A stretch of DNA of 30,901 nucleotides from Octopus sinensis (lineage: Eukaryota). The DNA lies in contig NW_021832462.1 of NCBI RefSeq assembly GCF_006345805.1, positions 1 through 30,901 of the forward strand, written 5' to 3'. How positions within the stretch are numbered: the stretch's first letter is position 1; each line of letters starts with the position of its first letter. Below, piece after piece: positions 20,111 through 30,775 of the stretch. Below the pieces are notes generated by a model. The model made no database searches and was not told the origin of the DNA. It saw nothing but the letters and a program-made list of their open reading frames with translations. The translations under genes were made by a program, and so were the position numbers.

Positions 20111-20300
20111 TAAGAAGCTTGCTTCCCAACCACATGGTTCCAGGTTCAGTCCCACTGCGTGGCACCTTGGGCAAGTGTCTTCTGCTATAGTCTTGGGCTG
20201 ACCAAAGCCTTGTGAGTGGATTTGGTAGACGGAAACTGAAAGAAGCCCGTCATATATATATTTGTGTGTGTATGCCCGCGTGCGCATGTGTGTGTGTGTG

Positions 20301-20335
<35 letters not shown>

Positions 20336-20336
<1 letters not shown>

Positions 20337-20737
20337 CTAGCAGTATTGCTCGGCGTTGATCGGGTTTGAAAGGGAAATAACTATATAAGCATTTTTAGAG
20401 AGTTATAGCCAAAAAATAGCAAAAAAATGCATTAAAAATGGAAAAAAAATGATGGTAATTTTTTTTTAAATCGTTGACTCATCGTAGACATTTTTAGAGA
20501 GTTATTTCCCTTATATAATAGCGAAAAATATGCATTAAAATGGAAAAAATGATGGTAATTTTTTTTAAAATCGTAGATTCATCGTAGACGCGCGCTAATA
20601 CCCAGAAGGGCTCGATATGAATCACGACCATAAGATACCTGGTTTTGGTTAAACTGCACCGCAAAATGTGGGAGTAGTTAGGAATCTAAATCGTAGAAGA
20701 CAGACAGCACACAACCTCACTTTTGTATATATATATA
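20336..20737 (+). mobile_element. Helitron/Helentron-like (DINE/HINE-type) non-autonomous element
   Basis: 5' ACTAGCAG...CGGCGTTGATCGGG, about 100-bp internal direct repeat, 3' GACAGACAG..CACTTTTGTATATAT. No TSD seen, and it sits in a (TA) tract. Confidence 0.65.
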
Positions 20738-20744
20738 TTCTGTT

Positions 20745-20870
20745 ATTCTGTTATTCTTTTACTTGTTTCAGTCATTTGACTGCGGTCATGCTGGAGCACC
20801 GCCTTTAGTCGTACGAATCGACCCAATGACATATTCGTTGTAAACCTAGTACTTATTCTATCGGTCTCTG
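20745..20870 (-). mobile_element. Family A SINE 3' fragment
   Basis: CTTGTTTCAGTCATTTGACTGCGGTCATGCTGGAGCACCGCC...CTATCGGTCTCT. Confidence 0.9.
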
Positions 20871-21014
20871 TTGTAGATCTCCAAGGTTGCCTGGAAGGGT
20901 GTTGAACAATGGCGGGCCATTGCAGTACTCTGTCCTTATTTTCGATGGGGAAAACTGGATCTCCAAGTTCTTCCAAATATATATCCCCGCATCTCTCTTG
21001 CCTTCTCTCTATTT

Positions 21015-21790
21015 GTATGCATGCATGTATGTATGTATGTACGTATGTATGTATGTATGTATGTATGTATGCGTGTATGTATGTATGTATGTTTGTATGT
21101 ATGTATGTTTGTATGTATGTATGTATGTTTGTATGTATGTATGTACGTACGTATGTATGTATGTATGTATGTATGTATGTATGTATGTATGTATGTATGT
21201 ATGTATGTATGTATGTTTGTATGTATGTATGTTTGTATGTATGTATGTATGTTTGTATGTATGTATGTACGTACGTATGTATGTATGTATGTATGTATGT
21301 ATGTATGTATGTTTGTATGTATGTATGTTTGTATGTATGTATGTATGTATATGTATGTATGAATGTATGTATGTATGTTTGTATGTATGTATGTTTGTAT
21401 GTATGTATGTATGTAGGTATGCATGTATGTATTTATGTCTGTATGTATGTATGTTTGTATGTTTGTATGTTTGTATATATTCGTATGTATGTATGTATGT
21501 GTGTATGTATGTATGTATGTATGTATGTATGTATGTATGTATGTATGTATGTATGTGTGTGTGTGTGTGTGTGTATGTATGTTTGTATGTATGTATGTAT
21601 GTATGTATGTTTGTATGTATGTATGTATGTATGTATGTATGTATGTATGTATGTGTATGTATGTATGTTTGTATGTATGTTTGTATGTATGTTTGTATGT
21701 ATGTATGTATGTATGTATGTACGTATGTATTTATGTATGTATGTATGTATGTATGTATGTATGTATGTATGTATGTATGTATGTATGTGT
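21015..21790. repeat. About 770-bp (GTAT)n microsatellite
   Basis: Direct inspection. It explains the YVCM-repeat ORFs. Confidence 0.98.
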
Positions 21791-22340
21791 CATGTCACTT
21801 TCGAGTGATACTGGTAACATGTAACCCAGTACAACCTGTTGCATGGTTGGTTTGACGGCGACTAAACCGGCAACCCCACCAAGCTTGCTTGGTGAGGAGG
21901 GTGTTTATTGGACACCCTGCGGGATGAAAAACAAACCCGTCAAAGGGCGGAGGAACTGTTGAGAGTCAACGCCATCCAATAATGTCTTAAGGCTGTATCA
22001 TGCGCGCGGGACATAGAAATAATCGGATTGAATACCCGATCGCGCGGTTAAACCATTGGGAGTGAAGGACTCCTAGCCTTTGTTAGGGCATCCTTCTAGG
22101 AGAAGGTAACTCAGGTAACTGGGATAACTCCAATATAAAACCTGCGGCTCAGTGGTTACCGATGATGTTGACTTGTTCTTCTTTTCGGATTATGGCTGCT
22201 GTTGCTTAGTGAGTGAGATTGACTCAGTGCACAGCCTTTCCTCACTTTAAAAAAAATATTCTTGCACAGGCAATGCACGATAACAACATTGATTAAGCTT
22301 CGTGCAATGGCCATACTCGATAACGAGGGGGCAGAGGCCA
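21791..22340 (+). mobile_element. Probable 5' leader of an RTE-type LINE (hairpin-rich)
   Basis: GGGCATCCTTCTAGGAGAAGGTAACTC...ATAAAACC resembles the recurrent RTE leader motif GGGCAACC..TCTAGGAGAAGGAAAACTC..AAACC (recalled). GC-richer than surroundings, with multiple stems. Confidence 0.45.
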
Positions 22341-22497
22341 TGTATGTATGTATGTATCTATGTATGTATGTATGTATGTATGTATGTATGTATGTATGTA
22401 TGTATGTAGTATGTATGCATGCATGCATGCATGCATGTATATATATATATATATATAGATATATCTATATATATATATATATATATACATATGTGTT

Positions 22498-22542
<45 letters not shown>

Positions 22543-22686
22543 CATATATATATAATACATATATATATACATATACATACATACATACAACACACCATAC
22601 ATACATACATACACAGACATACATACATACATATACATATACATGCATATATATATATACATATATAAATATATATATACATATAT
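22341..22686. repeat. Compound microsatellite
   Basis: Direct inspection. Confidence 0.95.
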
Positions 22687-22975
22687 GAAGGCACATGGCT
22701 TAGTGGTTAGAGCATCGAGCTTATGATCGCGAGGTTGTGAGTTCGTATCCCGGACCGGGCTACGTGTTGTGTGCTTGAGCAAGACACTTTATTTCACATT
22801 GCTCCAGTTCACTCAGCTGTAGGAATGAGTTGCGACGTCACAGGTGACAAGCTCTATCAGCCCCTTTGCCTTTCCCTTGGATAACACTGGTGGCATGGAG
22901 AGGGGAGGCCGGTATGGATGGGTTACTGCTGGTCTTCCATAAAGAACCTTGCCTTGACTTGTGCCTCGGAGGGTC
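22687..22975 (+). mobile_element. tRNA-derived SINE family D
   Basis: A box TGGCTTAGTGG, B box GAGTTCGTATCC, then CORE/V-like CTTGAGCAAGACACTT. Single copy in this window. Confidence 0.8.
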
Positions 22976-23499
22976 ATGACCGAAGCTGGTCTCAGCAGCA
23001 GCATATATATATATAAGCTGGAACAAGGAGGACGTGTTCTTGTCTGTCTCCTATCCAAGCTTCATTTACGCGTTCGCCCCCCCCCCCCCACAACCTGGTT
23101 TAGGCTTAGCAGCCCTTCCTGTTTATTTTCACTCTCTTGTTTGTGCTACCAAATGTGACCCTCTGCAAACTCCCAAACTTTATTCAATTTGCTTAGCGGC
23201 AGCAAATTTTTTTTTTATCGAAAGCGTATATTGTTGTTAAATGCCTGAAATACGAGAGTGGAACCAACAACTGATGAAGGGTCGTATTTTATGTTATTTG
23301 TCTTGTTTACCATTTGTGTCTTTCATTGTTCGAATGAATAATTCATATTCCATGTACTCGTGCTTCGTACTTTTTTGTTGTACACGTTTCGTGACGTCCT
23401 GTACCCACACATGCATGTGTATATATACGTATAGATGTATGTACATACAAGTATGTATATATGCATATATATATTATTTATATCATACTATATTACATC

Positions 23500-23605
<106 letters not shown>

Positions 23606-23689
23606 TGTATGTATATATAATCTTTTACATGCTTCAGTAAGCTCATGAGATGCTAATGGTGAACTGGATCACCATTACCAGCACCCGGT

Positions 23690-24036
23690 TCACCCGTTCT
23701 TTGTTCTTCTTCGGTGCACATTGCTACTGGAGCGGCCATGCTAACAACTGACCATCGCTTGACAACATACAAACATACATACATACATACATACATACTT
23801 ACATATATATATATATATATATGTTATCTATCTATCTATCGATATATCTGTCTGTATATATTTATATATATATACGACGGGCTTCTTTCAGTTTCTGTCT
23901 ACAAAACCAACTGACAAAGCTTTGGTCGGCCCGAGGTTATAGTAGAAGGCATTTGCCCGAGTTGCCACGCAGTGGGATTGAACCTGGAACCATGTGACTG
24001 GGAAGTAGGCTTCTTACACACAGTCACTCTTGCACC
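23690..24036 (-). mobile_element. Family A SINE (variant subfamily) with internal microsatellite
   Basis: ACGACGGGCTTCTTTCAGTTTC...CAGTCACTCTTGCACCT; GCTTGACAAC on the other side of the microsatellite. Confidence 0.85.
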
Positions 24037-24071
24037 TATATATGTAGTTATGTATGTATGTATGTATGTGG

Positions 24072-24456
24072 ATGGAAGCACTCCGTCGGTTACGACGACG
24101 AGGGTTCCGGTTGATCCGAATCAACGGAACAGCCTGCTCGTGAAATTAACGTGTAAGTGGCTGAGCACTCCACAGACACGTGTACCCTTAACGTAGTTCT
24201 CGGGGATATTCAGCGTGACACAGAGAGTGACAAGGCCGGCCCCTTTGAAATACAGGTACAACAGAAACAGGAAGTAAGAGTGAGAGAAAGTTGTGGTGAA
24301 AGAGTACAGCAGGGATCATCCCCCTCCCCTGCCGGAGCCTCGTGAAGCTTTAGGTGTTTTTGCTCAATAAACATTCACAACGCCCGGTCTGGGAATCGAA
24401 ACCGCGATCCTATGACCGCGAGTCCGCTGCCCTAACCACTGGGCCATTGCGCCTCC
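24072..24456 (-). mobile_element. Family C SINE, full length, in a (TATG)n tract
   Basis: Near-identical to 15307-15692. Confidence 0.93.
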
Positions 24457-25164
24457 TGTATGTATGTATATGACAAAACCCTCAAAGGAATTCTTCGCTG
24501 TTCATCAAGAATATCCGTGCAAACGAAATTATTGATAATCTAAGGGAGATAAACTATTATTCCATAGAAAGAGTTATGTCCCCGACTGATAAACCGTGAT
24601 AACTTCATATTAAGGGTTTAAATAATCAAAATGAACATCATTTCTTCAGAACGAGGCAAGTCGTCTGCTGCACAAACTGTGTAGAAATGTTGTATGTATA
24701 CGTTACATATCTACACATACCTTCCTTTCGTCTTTGGTTGCGTTGCTTTCGCGTATTCCCATCACTTACTATCGCTATCCAATTCCATTTTTATTAATTT
24801 CCATTGGGAGATCGAAATTTTCATTACGTGAAATTTTTCATTACGCAACCATGGACACCATCCCTCTGGATGCATTGTAGTTACTCCCTTAATAGAGCTT
24901 GGTGATCTTTACTGCTGATCTACTAGGTTTCCTCTGCTCAGCATCATGGTAAGAAGCACTCTTGAGCTCTTCTGATTCCTCTTCACACTCCGACGTGCTG
25001 CAGTCTCATGACATTGCTGGATAACGGATGGTATGCCTTGCCAAAAGGCACCCGTAACTATGCAGGCCACAGTCAGCACCCTGTGCGCTTTCACCCGCTG
25101 GTTACATCATCATGAACATCACCTCCATGGACATTTTGTAGTTACTGCCTTCATAGAGTTTGGT

Positions 25165-25861
25165 CAGCCTGTAATGACATGCATAAGATCTGGTCATCAA
25201 ATCTAAGTAGAGATTTCAAACTTGAAATCTTCAAAGCCACAGTCGAACCAGTTCTACTCTATGGCTCAGAAACCTGGACGTTATCAAAGAAGCTTGAGAG
25301 GCAGTTGGATGGAACTTCATCATCTGAAAAAGATTTTCTAATTATAAAGGGTATGGCCTGGTCAGCCTGTAATGATATGAATAAGATCTGGTCATCAAAT
25401 CTAAGTAGAGACTTCAAACTTGAAATCTTCAAAGCCACAGTCAACCCAATTCTACTATATAGCTCAGAAACCTGGACGTTATCAAAGAAGCTTGAGAGAC
25501 GGTTGGATGGAACCTACACTCGCATCCTTATGAGAGCTCAAAATCCCTCGTGGAGGCGCCATCCAACCAAAATGCAAATATATGGGAAACTACCACCTGT
25601 GTCATCTCTTGTGAAAGGTAGAAGAGTCCTTTTTGCTGGACACTGTTGTAGAGCTGAAAAAGAGGTAATTTCTACTCTTCTCCTCTTGAAGCCATCTACT
25701 CGCAATACCAGAGGGCGCACACACTCCTACCCTAATGTAATCTCCAGGGATACAGGCATCCAGCAACAAGACCTCCGTAATGCCATGATGGACCGTGAAG
25801 TCTGGCGTAGCATGGTAAATTTTATTGTCTCAACCACGGTCGAACAATGATGATGATGATG
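25165..25861 (+). mobile_element. 5'-truncated RTE LINE 3' end with (TGA)n tail, 10-bp TSD and in-frame internal duplication
   Basis: FKATVEPVLLYGSETWTL...RRVLFAGHCCR...MMDREVWRSMV; stop at 25848-25850; TSD AGAGTTTGGT at 25155-25164 and 25862-25871. Confidence 0.93.
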
Positions 25862-26566
25862 AGAGTTTGGTGAACCTGATATAAGAAGCACCAGTTGAGA
25901 TCTTCCGATACATCTTCACAATCTGCCACCCTGCAGTTCCATCAGCTCACCGTATCCATAACAGGGTAGCTGAAAGGGTGTTATACCTCGCTAAAGAGTA
26001 CTCTGTAACAAAGTAGAGCACAATGTGGTCACTCAGTTAGCATTCATTTCCTAATTACACATCGATGGACGCCACCCCTCTGGATGCATTGCAGTTACCC
26101 GCTTGATACAGCTTGGTAATGTTGACCCTTGATCTCGATTGAAAGTGTAATGACGGCTGCTACTGAAAGGACCCTGCGAAGGGTGTACTTCAAAACTTTA
26201 CTTCCAGGATCCTCTCAGGATGAGAGAACGGAAAAGATTGACGGGCAGAAACCCTTGAAATGAATAAGGTAACGAGTTACTCAGCATCAATGTATAAAAA
26301 GCACAATTGACTCAGCTGAGATTTTCAGTTACCCCTTCACACTCCGTCACAATTCCATGATTTCGTCGTGTCCCTGGCAGGGTGTCCGAACCGGTGCTAC
26401 CATAAATGCCACCCTTATGGATATGGACATGCTAAAACTTGGTGATCGTGGCCGTTGATATTCTAGGATTCCTCGGTTCGGGATTAATGTAAGAAGCACG
26501 ACTGGCTCAGTTGAGCTCTCCCACTGCCTCTTCACTCGCCGCCGTGCTGCAGTCCCATAATTTCGC

Positions 26567-27648
26567 TGAGACCATAGATAATATCCTGACACCCTGGATA
26601 ATATCTTGGGACCATAGATAATATCTTGAGACCATAGATAATATCCTAAGACCATGGATAATATCCTGAGCCCATGGATAATATTCTGAGACAATAGATA
26701 ATATATTGAGACCATGGATAATATCCTGAGACCATGGATAATATCCTGAGACCAGGGATAATATTCTGAGACCCTGGATAATATTCTGAGACCCTGGATA
26801 ATATCCTGAGACCATGGATAATATCCTGAGACCAAGGATAATATCCTGAGCCCATGGATAATATTCTGAGACCATGGATAATACCCTGAGACCATGGATA
26901 ATATCCTAAGACCATGGATAATATCCTAACAACCATGGATAATATCCTGAGACCATGGATAATATTCTGAGACAATGGATAATATCTTGAGACCATGGAT
27001 AATATCTTGAGACCATGGATAATATCCTGAGACCATGGATAATATCCTGATACCATGGATAATATCTTGAGACTATGGATAATATCCTGAGACCATAGAT
27101 AATATCCTGAGACCATAGATAATATCCTGACACCCTTGATAATATCCTGAGACCATGGATAATATCCTGAGATCATGGATAATATCCTGAGACCATGGAT
27201 AATATCCGAAGACCATGGATAATATCCTGAGACCATGGATAATATCCTGATACCATGGATAATATCTTGAGACTATGGATAATATCCTGAGACCATAGAT
27301 AATATCCTGAGACCATAGATAATATCCTGACATCCTGGATAATATCCTGAGACCATGGATAATATCCTGAGATCATGGATAATATCCTGAGACCATGGAT
27401 AATATCCGAAGACCATGGATAATATCCTGAGACCATGGATAATATCCTGAGATCATGGATAATATCCTGAGACCATGGATAATATCCTGAGACCATGGAT
27501 AATATCCTAAGACCATGGATAATATCCTAAGACCATGGATAATATCCTGAGACCATGGATAATATCCTAAGACCATGGATAATATCCTAACAACCATGGA
27601 TAATATCCTGAGACCATGGATAATTTGCTGAGACCATGAATGATATCC
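26567..27648. repeat. 20-bp minisatellite, about 54 units, consensus GAGACCATGGATAATATCCT
   Basis: Head-to-tail units with no spacers; two 21-bp variant units; 200-bp higher-order duplication. Confidence 0.98.
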
Positions 27649-28171
27649 AGACATCTTATTCTTGGAGTACCTCGGGATCTCCTGCCCGTTGCGACGTCTT
27701 GAAGAATCTGTTTTGCGATTCTTTACTGCGAAATCCTAATGATATCTAATGATATGTCTGTAGAACCAGAGTTGTGGTCCTTCAGCACAAAGAATTTGCG
27801 ATTCGTCCTTAACAGATTCCCCAAGATTATGGATATCATCCAAGCATCTAATACTTGGTCAACCCACTGACCCCCCAACAGTTGGTTCGACTTGAAATTC
27901 TTCCTAGGGATATTCTAATCACAGGTCCATTGTAGTGGAGCTGTAACCCCTCACTGCGGATAGTATGCCTGCATGCAGTCACCCAACCGTGCATGAATTC
28001 ACCCTCCCATCCATTCATCCATTCACTCCTCCATGAATATATTTATTTCTCTATTCACTTCCTGGAAGAGTTGTGCATGCAATGTCCTCAGGCACAGCTC
28101 CCATCGTGTCCTGTCAGTACCAACCATCATTACACTTTTCTCCGGGACTTCCGAGCGTGCCCAACTACGAC

Positions 28172-28382
28172 TATACTCTTTTACTTGTTTCAGTCATTTG
28201 ACTGCGGCCATGCTGGAGCACCGCCTTTAGTCGAGCAAATCGCCCCGCGGACTTATTCTTTGTAAGCCCAGTACTTATTCTATCGGTCTCTTTTGCCGAA
28301 CCGCTAAGTGACGGGGACGTAAACACTCAAGCATCGGTTGTCAAGCAATGCTAGGGGGACAAACACAGACACACACACCACA

Positions 28383-28452
<70 letters not shown>

Positions 28453-28625
28453 CATATATACGACAGGCTTCTTTCAGTTTCCGTCTACCAAATCCACTCC
28501 CAAGGCATTGGTCGGCCCGGGGCTATAGCAGAAGACACTTGCCCAAGATGCCACACAGTGGGACTGAACCTGGAACCATGTGGTTGGTTAGCAAGCTACT
28601 TACCACACAGCCACTCCTGCGCCTA
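28172..28625 (-). mobile_element. Family A SINE, full length
   Basis: Complete match with internal (CA)n(TA)n. Confidence 0.95.
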
Positions 28626-28814
28626 AATATTGTCCAACCATTTTCTTCTTGGTCCACCCCTGGGCCTCCTGCCGCTTGGCTCGGCTTCAAGAATCCGTAT
28701 TGCGTTTCTGTTTTGTAGCATTTTAATCACATGTCTCTAATACTGGAGCCTACTACCTCACAATAGAGAGAAGTAGAGGCTCGATTTGAAGAGAGAGACT
28801 CCATGGTACTCGAT

Positions 28815-29220
28815 CTCTCTCTTTTGCTCTTTTACTTAGTTCAGTCATTTGACTGTGGCCATGCTGGAGCACGGCCTTTAGTCGAGCAAATCGACCCCAG
28901 GACTTATTCTTTAGAAGCCTAGTACTTATTCTATCTATCTCTTTTGCCGAACCGCTAAGTTGCGGGGACGTAAACACACCAGCATCGGTTGTCAAGCCAT
29001 GCTAGGGGGACAAACACACACACACTCATATACATATATATATATATACATATATACGACAGGCTTTTTTCAGTTTCCGTCTACCAAATCCACTCACAAG
29101 GCATTGGTCGGCTCGGGGCTATAGCAGAAGACACTTGCCCAAGATGCCACGCAGTGGGACTGAACCCGGAACCATGTGGTTGGTTAACAAGCTACTTACC
29201 ACACAGCCACTCTTGCGCCT
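28815..29220 (-). mobile_element. Family A SINE, full length, apparently recombinant
   Basis: Tail variants are shared with the 29245 copy; head and 5' flank are shared with the 28172 copy. Confidence 0.92.
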
Positions 29221-29244
29221 AAATATCGTCCAACCATTTTCTTC

Positions 29245-29545
29245 AGGACTTATTCTTTAGAAGCCTAGTACTTATTCTATCTGTCTCTTTTGCCGAACCG
29301 CTAAGTTGCGGGCACGTAAACACACCACCATCGGTTGTCAATCGATGTTGGGGAGACAAACACAGACACACAATTATATTCACACACATACATATATACA
29401 TATATAGGACGGGCTTTTTCAGTTTCCGTCTACCAAATCGCCTCACTGGGATTTGGTCGGCCCGAGGCTATAGTAGAAGACACATAGCCAAGGTGTCACG
29501 CAGTGGGACTGAACCCGGAACCATGCGGTTCGTAAGCAAGCTACT
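29245..29545 (-). mobile_element. Family A SINE, truncated at both ends
   Basis: AGGACTTATTCTTTAGAAGCC ... GCAAGCTACTT. Confidence 0.9.
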
Positions 29546-29815
29546 TTATTTCATAAAATTTGTCATATAGACAGTACAAAGATTGCGTGGCTTTGCGGGG
29601 TTGGACAAACACATTAATGAGTGAAAATGAAATAAAATGAATAAATGAGAGACGAAACCCAACACCCACCGATTGGATTTTTCTCGAAAACATATTTTCT
29701 TTTTTTAAAAATCTATATGAGGTTTCAAACCTCTTACAAGAAGGAGGCACTAAAACCTCTTACTTAACATGTCTTTTTTTTAAACACACAATTCAGTTTA
29801 TAAACCTCTACAAAT

Positions 29816-30405
29816 AGGCGCAGGAGTGGCTGTGTGGTAAGTAGCTAGCTTACCAACCACATGGTTCCGGGTTCAGTCCCACTGCGAAGCATCTTGGGCA
29901 AGTGTCTTCTACTATAGCCCGGGCCGATAATACCTTGTGAGTGGATTTGGTAGACGGAAACTGAAAGAAGCCTGTCGTATATATATATATATATATGTGT
30001 GTGTGTTCGTATATATTTGTGTGTCTGTGTTTGTCCCCCTAACATTGCTTGACAACCGATGCTGGTCGATTTGCTCAACTAAAGGCGGTGCTCCAGCATG
30101 GCCGCAGTCAAATGACTGAAACAAGTAAAAGAGTAAAGAGTAAAAGAGTATACATATTTATATATATTACACATATATATTATATATATATATATTTGTA
30201 TGTCTGTGTCTGTCCTTCCACCATCGCTTAACAACCCGTGTTGGTGTGTTTACGTCCCCGTAACTTTGCGGTTCAGTAAATGTGACCGATAGTATAAGTA
30301 CTAGACTTAGAAAGAATAAGTGCTGATGTCGATTTGTTTGACTGAAGGCGGTGCTCCAGCATGGCCACAGTCATATGACTGAAACAAGTAAAAGAATAAA
30401 GGAAT
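29816..30405 (+). mobile_element. Family A SINE with internal deletion (29816-30145) followed by a second 3' half (about 30190-30405)
   Basis: Head at 29816; CCGATGCTGG joined directly to TCGATTTGCTC; second tail GGCGGTGCTCCAGCATGGCC at about 30345. Confidence 0.9.
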
Positions 30406-30775
30406 ACTCTCTCTTTTACTCTTTATTCTTTGGAAGCCCAGGACTTATTCTTTGGAAGCCCAGTACTTATTCTATCAGTCTCTTTTGCCGAACCGCTAGG
30501 TGGCGGGGACGTAAACACACCAGCATCGGTTGTCAAGCAATGCTAAGGGGACAAACACAGACACACAAACGCATACACACGCATACATATATATACATAT
30601 ATACATATATACGACAGGCTTCTTTCAGTTTCCGTCTACCAAACCCACTCACTAGGCATTAGTCGGCCCGGGGCTATAGCAGAAGACATTTGCCCAAGAT
30701 GCCACGCTGTGGGACTGAACCCAGAACCATGTGGTTGTTTAGCAAGCTACTTACCACACAGCCACTCCTGCGCCT
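30405..30775 (-). mobile_element. Family A SINE, tail partly deleted or duplicated
   Basis: 23-bp tandem duplication TTATTCTTTGGAAGCCCAG(G/T)AC; head ends CCTGCGCCT at about 30775. Confidence 0.92.

Larger units (their letters stand above)
19427..20260 (+). mobile_element. Family A SINE split by a 654-bp insertion (head 19427-19456, remainder 20119-20260)
   Basis: Removing the insertion and one TAAGAAGC copy restores GTGTGGTAAGAAGCTTGCTTCCCAACCACATGG. Confidence 0.92.
24850..27990 (-). repeat. Old, heavily diverged tandem array (units about 170-300 bp) related to an RTE reverse-transcriptase C-terminal segment
   Basis: Recurrent blocks ATGGAC..TGCATTG(T/C)AGTTAC..CTTGGT and TAAGAAGCAC..TTGAG(C/A)TCT..CTTCAC..CTGCAGT. 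The best-preserved unit reads LWFYRHIIRISQ*RIAKQILQDVATGRRSRGTPRIRCLDIIHGL. Confidence 0.55.

Noticed and set aside
22687-22765. tRNA gene (also heads at 15615-15692 and 24380-24456)
   Set aside because: A and B boxes are present but the cloverleaf is imperfect and continues into a SINE body, so these are treated as SINE heads.
23240-23300. CCT-GAAA...CTGATGA-AGG as a type-II hammerhead
   Set aside because: No U-H cleavage site after the putative stem III and no stem I pairing. At most a decayed pseudo-LTR remnant.
24850-26560. Degenerate ankyrin repeats (GHDEIMEL, ITKLYQAGNCN) or HDV-like ribozymes (TTCCTC loop) in the diverged modules
   Set aside because: Ankyrin spacing does not hold and the motifs fall in different frames. 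HDV P1, P1.1 and P2 pairings are not conserved between modules. The RTE C-terminal match explains more positions.
24950-26560. Recurrent in-frame TGA (GTGAAGA block) as possible selenocysteine codon
   Set aside because: The frame is not otherwise conserved, other stops and frameshifts are present, and no SECIS-like element was recognised.
26567-27648. CRISPR-like array (palindromic short repeat)
   Set aside because: Units are contiguous with no unique spacers, there are no cas genes, and the context is eukaryotic.
26347-27654. Long ORFs with SGYYPWSQDIIHGLRILSMV periodicity
   Set aside because: Artefact of a 20-bp repeat cycling through three frames.
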